Assembly: GCA_050331735.1 (NCBI GenBank)
Contig: JBHJGN010000049.1
Coordinates: 1-64,000, forward strand
DNA length: 64,000 nucleotides
Origin: Cyanophyceae cyanobacterium
Lineage (GTDB): Bacteria; Cyanobacteriota; Cyanobacteriia; Cyanobacteriales; JBHJGN01
Direction: 5' to 3'
Position numbers and translations under genes: made by a program. Below, in pieces: positions 59,345 through 64,000 of this stretch (positions within the stretch are counted from its first letter, which is position 1; each line of letters starts with the position of its first letter). The notes beneath the pieces are model-generated. The model made no database searches, had not been told where the DNA came from, and saw nothing but the letters and a program-made list of their open reading frames with translations.

Positions 59345-60847
59345 ATGTTTAACTGGTTTCGCCGTCAGTTTGATCGTTCTCAGCCAGAACCAGAGCAACC
59401 TGCTGAAGTAGAGCCATCGCCGCCGGAGCCTGAAGAAGACAAGCCCGATGATCCCTACCTGGAATGGGCTAAAACCGCGTTTCAAACGATTCAGCAGCGA
59501 AAAGCCGCTGAACCAGAACAGATACAGCCCGAGTCGGCAGAAAGCGTTATCGAAGCAGCGCCAGCACCAACCGCATCGGCAGACCCTGGGGGGACTGAAG
59601 CAGAGCCCGAACGTGCCGCCCCTGCTGAAGTTGAGGCAGCAGAACCGCTGGAAAACGCTGCGGTTGAAGCTCAACTAGACAACGGTGCTGCTGACGTCGA
59701 CAAGGGTGAAGCTCCGAGCGCGCCTCCAGCGGAAACAGTTCCCGCCTGGATGCAGAAGTCGAATCGGTTAGCAACGCTCAAAGAAACAGCGATTGAAACG
59801 TCCAGTCCGGAGGAGTCCGCACCAGCCGCTGAGGACGCCGTCACTTTCGACGAAGAATTTGTTTGGTCAGCTCAGGTGTTGGCCGCCCAGGGTAGAAGCC
59901 CAGCAGACGTTTCCTCTGAAGAGATTAGCTGGCTAAAAAAACTGCGTCAGGGGCTCGGAAAAACGAGACGGAGCCTCGTTAATCAGCTCAAAGCGATCGT
60001 CGGCCAGGGACCGCTCAATCAAGACGCGGTAATGGAAATTGAGGCGCTGCTGCTGCAGGCCGATGTGGGCATCGAGGCGACAGACTACATCATCGAAACG
60101 TTACAAAACCGACTTCGCCAAGAAGCTCTACCACCAGAAGCCGCGATCGCTTACCTCAAAGCAATCCTGCGCGATCTGTTGGACAAACCCCTACGGGATT
60201 TAGAGCCGACCCTGGTGCCGCAAAAAGACACCCTCAATATTTGGCTGCTTACTGGGGTTAACGGAGCTGGCAAGACAACCACCATTGGCAAACTTGCTCA
60301 CCTGGCTCAGAAATCTGGCTATAGCTGCCTGATTGCGGCGGCGGATACCTTTCGGGCGGCGGCGGTTGAGCAGGTGAAGGTATGGGGCGAACGAAGCCAG
60401 ACTCCGGTGATCGCGAATCCGGGGAAAAATACCGATCCCGCCGCCGTTGTTTACGATGGAGTGGCGGCAGCTCAGTCTCGCAATGTAGAACTTTTGCTAG
60501 TAGACACCGCAGGACGGTTGCAAAACAAGAAAAACCTCATGGAGGAGCTCGCTAAGATTCGCCGCATCGTTGACAAAAAAGCTCCCAATGCCACCGTTGA
60601 GTCTCTGCTGGTATTAGACGCTACACTAGGGCAAAATGGTCTTCGGCAGGCACAGGTGTTCTCAGAATCCGCTAAGCTGAGCGGCGTTGTGCTGACGAAG
60701 CTAGACGGAACGGCTAAAGGAGGAGTGGCCCTTGCGGTATCGCAACAGCTCAACCTGCCAATTCGCTTTATCGGTGCTGGGGAGGGGATTGATGATTTAC
60801 GTCCTTTTTCCAGCTATGAATTTGTGGAAGCGCTCTTGAGTAGTTGA
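59345..60847 (+). CDS. ftsY: Signal recognition particle receptor FtsY
   Basis: ATG 59345; acidic A-domain; 'GVNGAGKTTT', 'DTFRAAA', 'DTAGR', 'TKLDGTAKGG'. Confidence 0.97.
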   Translation: MFNWFRRQFDRSQPEPEQPAEVEPSPPEPEEDKPDDPYLEWAKTAFQTIQQRKAAEPEQIQPESAESVIEAAPAPTASADPGGTEAEPERAAPAEVEAAEPLENAAVEAQLDNGAADVDKGEAPSAPPAETVPAWMQKSNRLATLKETAIETSSPEESAPAAEDAVTFDEEFVWSAQVLAAQGRSPADVSSEEISWLKKLRQGLGKTRRSLVNQLKAIVGQGPLNQDAVMEIEALLLQADVGIEATDYIIETLQNRLRQEALPPEAAIAYLKAILRDLLDKPLRDLEPTLVPQKDTLNIWLLTGVNGAGKTTTIGKLAHLAQKSGYSCLIAAADTFRAAAVEQVKVWGERSQTPVIANPGKNTDPAAVVYDGVAAAQSRNVELLLVDTAGRLQNKKNLMEELAKIRRIVDKKAPNATVESLLVLDATLGQNGLRQAQVFSESAKLSGVVLTKLDGTAKGGVALAVSQQLNLPIRFIGAGEGIDDLRPFSSYEFVEALLSS

Positions 60848-61323
60848 AGCAGACAAAAGTTATTTGTCAACGGTCATTGGTCACAAGTTGCTTTCCTTCT
60901 ACTCCGGATCGATAACAAAGCACGTTAGAAGATTTCACCAGATTGAGCATTGGCAGAAACCACAATAAGCGCTATCATGAACCAACTCTCAGTTCAATTT
61001 GGTGTTAAGCTTGAGCAGCAACGGACGAGTTGTTGAGTACTAACCCGCTGACTCTATTACTGGCACGGCCACTGCTAGCTGCGCCCCCCTTTCGGTTTAG
61101 AGTCTCTGGAATTTTAGCGCTTTACCACCGTCATTTGCATCACAAAGTGTATTTTTCCTAACATCAAATGCGTTAAACTCCTGAAAATATCGGCTTGATA
61201 TCGATGGAATCTCCACTAACCTTGACACCACTCATAACTGGGTGCCAGGGATGAGAAGCCTGACTCGGCTGTAGCCCTACCGGTAACGAGTCTGTCCGTT
61301 TGATGTCTCCACCGCTTGAGATT

Positions 61324-62739
61324 ATGACCGCTGTGCCCACTCGACAGTCATCCGTTGATGTAGAAGCTACCATTGCTCAGGCTAATACTAAGGCAACGCC
61401 GGTGTTAGCTCTTAAAGAACTGGTCGCTACTCTCCATCGAGAGCAAAACAAAATCCAGAATTTGTTGAGTTCTTTGGGCTTCGCCCTGCGTAGCTTCAAC
61501 AATCTCAATCAGTTTTTGGAATTGACTCCTCTGATGGCCGCACGAGTGACGGATGCTGAAGGAGGAGCGTTAATTTTATCTCAGGCGGAGGGAGGATTTC
61601 GATTAGAACAGCTCTACGGCCAACCAAGCCAAACCACTCAAAAGCTGCGGAGCACCATTGAGCAGGCCATTCGTTCTGAACAATCTGGTGCCGGTTCCTT
61701 CTATGACTCTCTTGATGCCAAGCTAAAGCAAGATCTGAAGGGGCTTCGTCTTTTCGGAACCTCCATCCTCGTCAAAAATGTCGAACGGGGACGGCTCTAC
61801 ATTCTGAGCAATAAACCAGATTATGCATGGACCCCAACGCGACAAAAACTCGCTCAGCTTGTTGCCGATCAAACGGCAGTCGCGATCGCTAATCATGAAT
61901 TGACCGTAGAACTCCGCTCGAAAGAGCGTCAAGAGCGAGAGCTAGAAATCGCCTCGGAAATCCAGCTGCGTTTGTTGCCCAGAAACTGCCCCCAAATCAG
62001 GGGAGTAGACCTGGCAGCCCGCTGTAAAACTGCCAATCGAGTCGGCGGCGATTACTACGATTTTATTCCGACAAACTACGACCAGCTTCGGCAGAATTCA
62101 ACGGAAAACGACCTCCAGACAGCGAGCGTTCCCTGGAGCATCGTCATCGGCGATGTTATGGGAAAAGGCGTACCCGCTGGCTTGATTATGACCATGACGC
62201 GAGGAATGCTGCGGGCAGAAGTGTTGAATCGCCATTCCCCCGAGCAGGTGTTGCAGCACCTCAACCGAGTCATGTATGCCGATCTGGAAAATTCACATCG
62301 GTTTGTGACCTTGTTTTATTCGGAGTACGATCCGCAAACGGGAATGCTGGCTTTTAGTAACGCCGCCCACCATCCTCCCCTGCTGTGGAGTGCTAAAGAC
62401 CATTCTACCAAGCAGCTAGATACCTGGGGGATGTGGATTGGTCTCGACGCTAATTCTGAATACCACTCCGCTACAGAACAGCTCCACCCGGGAGACAAAA
62501 TTATTTACTACACAGACGGATTTACTGACGCGATTAACCAGCATGGGGAGCGCTTCGACGAAGAGAACTTACTGCAGGCTTTTGAGTGGGCTTGCCAACA
62601 TACCAACACAGCTCAGGAAATGCTCGACTATCTGTTTGAGGAAATCGAAACCTTTGTGGGCTCGGGAAGCCACAGTGACGATATGACCCTGATCGTGATG
62701 CAGATTGAAGAAGTGCCGGAAGGACAGGGCAAAGGGTAA
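61324..62739 (+). CDS. GAF-PP2C (SpoIIE/RsbU-type) Ser/Thr phosphatase
   Basis: GAF-like N-half; 'VGGDYYD', 'IGDVMGKG', 'YTDG', 'DDMT'. Confidence 0.92.
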   Translation: MTAVPTRQSSVDVEATIAQANTKATPVLALKELVATLHREQNKIQNLLSSLGFALRSFNNLNQFLELTPLMAARVTDAEGGALILSQAEGGFRLEQLYGQPSQTTQKLRSTIEQAIRSEQSGAGSFYDSLDAKLKQDLKGLRLFGTSILVKNVERGRLYILSNKPDYAWTPTRQKLAQLVADQTAVAIANHELTVELRSKERQERELEIASEIQLRLLPRNCPQIRGVDLAARCKTANRVGGDYYDFIPTNYDQLRQNSTENDLQTASVPWSIVIGDVMGKGVPAGLIMTMTRGMLRAEVLNRHSPEQVLQHLNRVMYADLENSHRFVTLFYSEYDPQTGMLAFSNAAHHPPLLWSAKDHSTKQLDTWGMWIGLDANSEYHSATEQLHPGDKIIYYTDGFTDAINQHGERFDEENLLQAFEWACQHTNTAQEMLDYLFEEIETFVGSGSHSDDMTLIVMQIEEVPEGQGKG

Positions 62740-62898
62740 GGGGGACCAGGGAAAAACCGCCTCGCCATTGAGCTAATAGCTAAGAGCTAACAGCCAGAGC
62801 GCGGTTATTTTGTTATAGTCAGGGTGATTTGGCTAAACTAACTGGCAAAGATCGTTTTTTGACGACCGCCTATTCGAGCAACACCTGATTGACGAACC

Positions 62899-64000
62899 GT
62901 GACCGAGAAAAAAACCTGGAGCGATCGCTTTGAAGGAGCCCTCCACCCATTCATTGCCCACTTTAACGCCAGCATTGGCTTTGACATGGCGCTGATTGAG
63001 TACGATCTGACTGGATCGGTGGCTCACGCTAAAATGCTTGTCCATACCGGCATCATCTCTAAAGACGAGGGGGGGGTAATTGTCTCTGGCCTAGAGCAAA
63101 TCCGCCGCGAATATCGAGAGGGAAACTTCACTCCCAGCATCGATGACGAAGACGTTCATTTTGCTGTGGAGCGACGCTTGACGGAAATTATCGGCACGGT
63201 TGGTAAAAAACTGCACACGGCGCGATCGCGCAACGACCAGGTGGGCACTGATATTCGCCTGTATCTCAAAGACCAAATTACCCAAATTCGCGCTCAGCTT
63301 GGGGAATTTCAGAGCGTACTGCTGAATCTGGCTCAGGCCCACGTCGAAACGCTGATTCCGGGATATACCCACCTCCAGCGAGCGCAGCCGCTCAGTTTAG
63401 CACATCATCTCCTCGCGTATTTCCAGATGGCGCAGCGGGACTGGGAACGATTGGGAGACGTCTATCGGCGCACCGATCTTTCTCCCTTGGGCAGCGGGGC
63501 GCTGGCGGGAACCACCTTTCCGATTGACCGGCACTATGCCGCCTCAGCACTAGGATTTGCCGGGGTGTATGCGAACAGCTTGGATGGAGTGAGCGATCGC
63601 GACTTTGCCATTGAGTTCTTAGGAGCCGCGAGTCTGGTGATGGTGCATCTCAGCCGCCTGAGTGAAGAAGTCATTTTGTGGGCGTCTCAAGAGTTTGGCT
63701 TTGTTAGTCTCACCGATAGCTGTGCCACTGGCTCGAGTATCATGCCGCAGAAGAAAAATCCGGATGTTCCTGAATTGATCCGAGGCAAATCCGGACGCGT
63801 CTTTGGCCATCTCCAGGGAATGCTGGTGCTGATGAAGGGGCTGCCGCTGGCCTACAACAAGGATCTGCAAGAAGACAAAGAGGCCCTCTTTGATGGAGTG
63901 ACTGCTGTCAAAGCCTGTTTAGCAGCGATGACTATTCTGCTCCGCGAGGGCATTGAATTTCGCCGCGAACGTCTAGCAGCGGCTGTTGCGGAAGATTACT
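62899..64000 (+). CDS. argH: Argininosuccinate lyase (runs off the window end)
   Basis: Manual translation from GTG 62899: [11 protein letters not shown]..., 'EDVH', '[11 protein letters not shown]', '[11 protein letters not shown]', '[12 protein letters not shown]'. Confidence 0.96.
   Translation, partial: MTEKKTWSDRFEGALHPFIAHFNASIGFDMALIEYDLTGSVAHAKMLVHTGIISKDEGGVIVSGLEQIRREYREGNFTPSIDDEDVHFAVERRLTEIIGTVGKKLHTARSRNDQVGTDIRLYLKDQITQIRAQLGEFQSVLLNLAQAHVETLIPGYTHLQRAQPLSLAHHLLAYFQMAQRDWERLGDVYRRTDLSPLGSGALAGTTFPIDRHYAASALGFAGVYANSLDGVSDRDFAIEFLGAASLVMVHLSRLSEEVILWASQEFGFVSLTDSCATGSSIMPQKKNPDVPELIRGKSGRVFGHLQGMLVLMKGLPLAYNKDLQEDKEALFDGVTAVKACLAAMTILLREGIEFRRERLAAAVAEDY

Larger units (their letters stand above)
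303..63600. repeat. HIP1 octamer GCGATCGC, dispersed (roughly 40 copies counted by eye)
   Basis: Exact palindromic octamer recurs across the window, e.g. 303, 35602, 38596, 43786, 44404, 46052, 46646, 47342, 51525, 63593; hallmark of many cyanobacterial genomes. Confidence 0.95.

Overview
Cyanobacterial chromosomal window: the HIP1 octamer GCGATCGC is dense throughout, and the gene families are cyanobacterial. Most of it is housekeeping: pgi, hemJ, fused pyrF/pyrE, cysE, an SLH-porin, the sphR-sphS-sphU phosphate regulators, rpmF (missed by the ORF track), rnj, asd, tig-clpP-clpX, murG, nadA with two NrtR-like operators, pgl, and the hpsJ-DUF502-nusB-ftsY-PP2C-argH block. The main discovery is a ~16.5 kb cluster (35.3-51.8 kb) between murG and an ABC ATPase gene. 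It encodes a fatty acyl-AMP ligase, an ACP, a CylC-type dimetal halogenase, a one-module PKS (KS-AT-KR-ACP-reductase), a GT4 glycosyltransferase, a SAM methyltransferase, an orphan LuxR regulator, a PIN-like hypothetical protein, and a CylK/BrtB-type beta-propeller alkylating enzyme with a C-terminal PEP-CTERM sorting tail. Together these predict a chlorinated alkyl-1,3-diol glycolipid that a surface-anchored enzyme couples or polymerises. Other candidates are a MotA/ExbB-like protein with a long coiled-coil tail plus two paralogous ExbD-like partners (only one keeps the essential Asp), and a strongly folded ~155-nt RNA behind a sigma70-type promoter upstream of DUF502-nusB-ftsY. No tRNA, rRNA, CRISPR array or transposase was seen. 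All family assignments come from motif recognition by eye; no searches were run.
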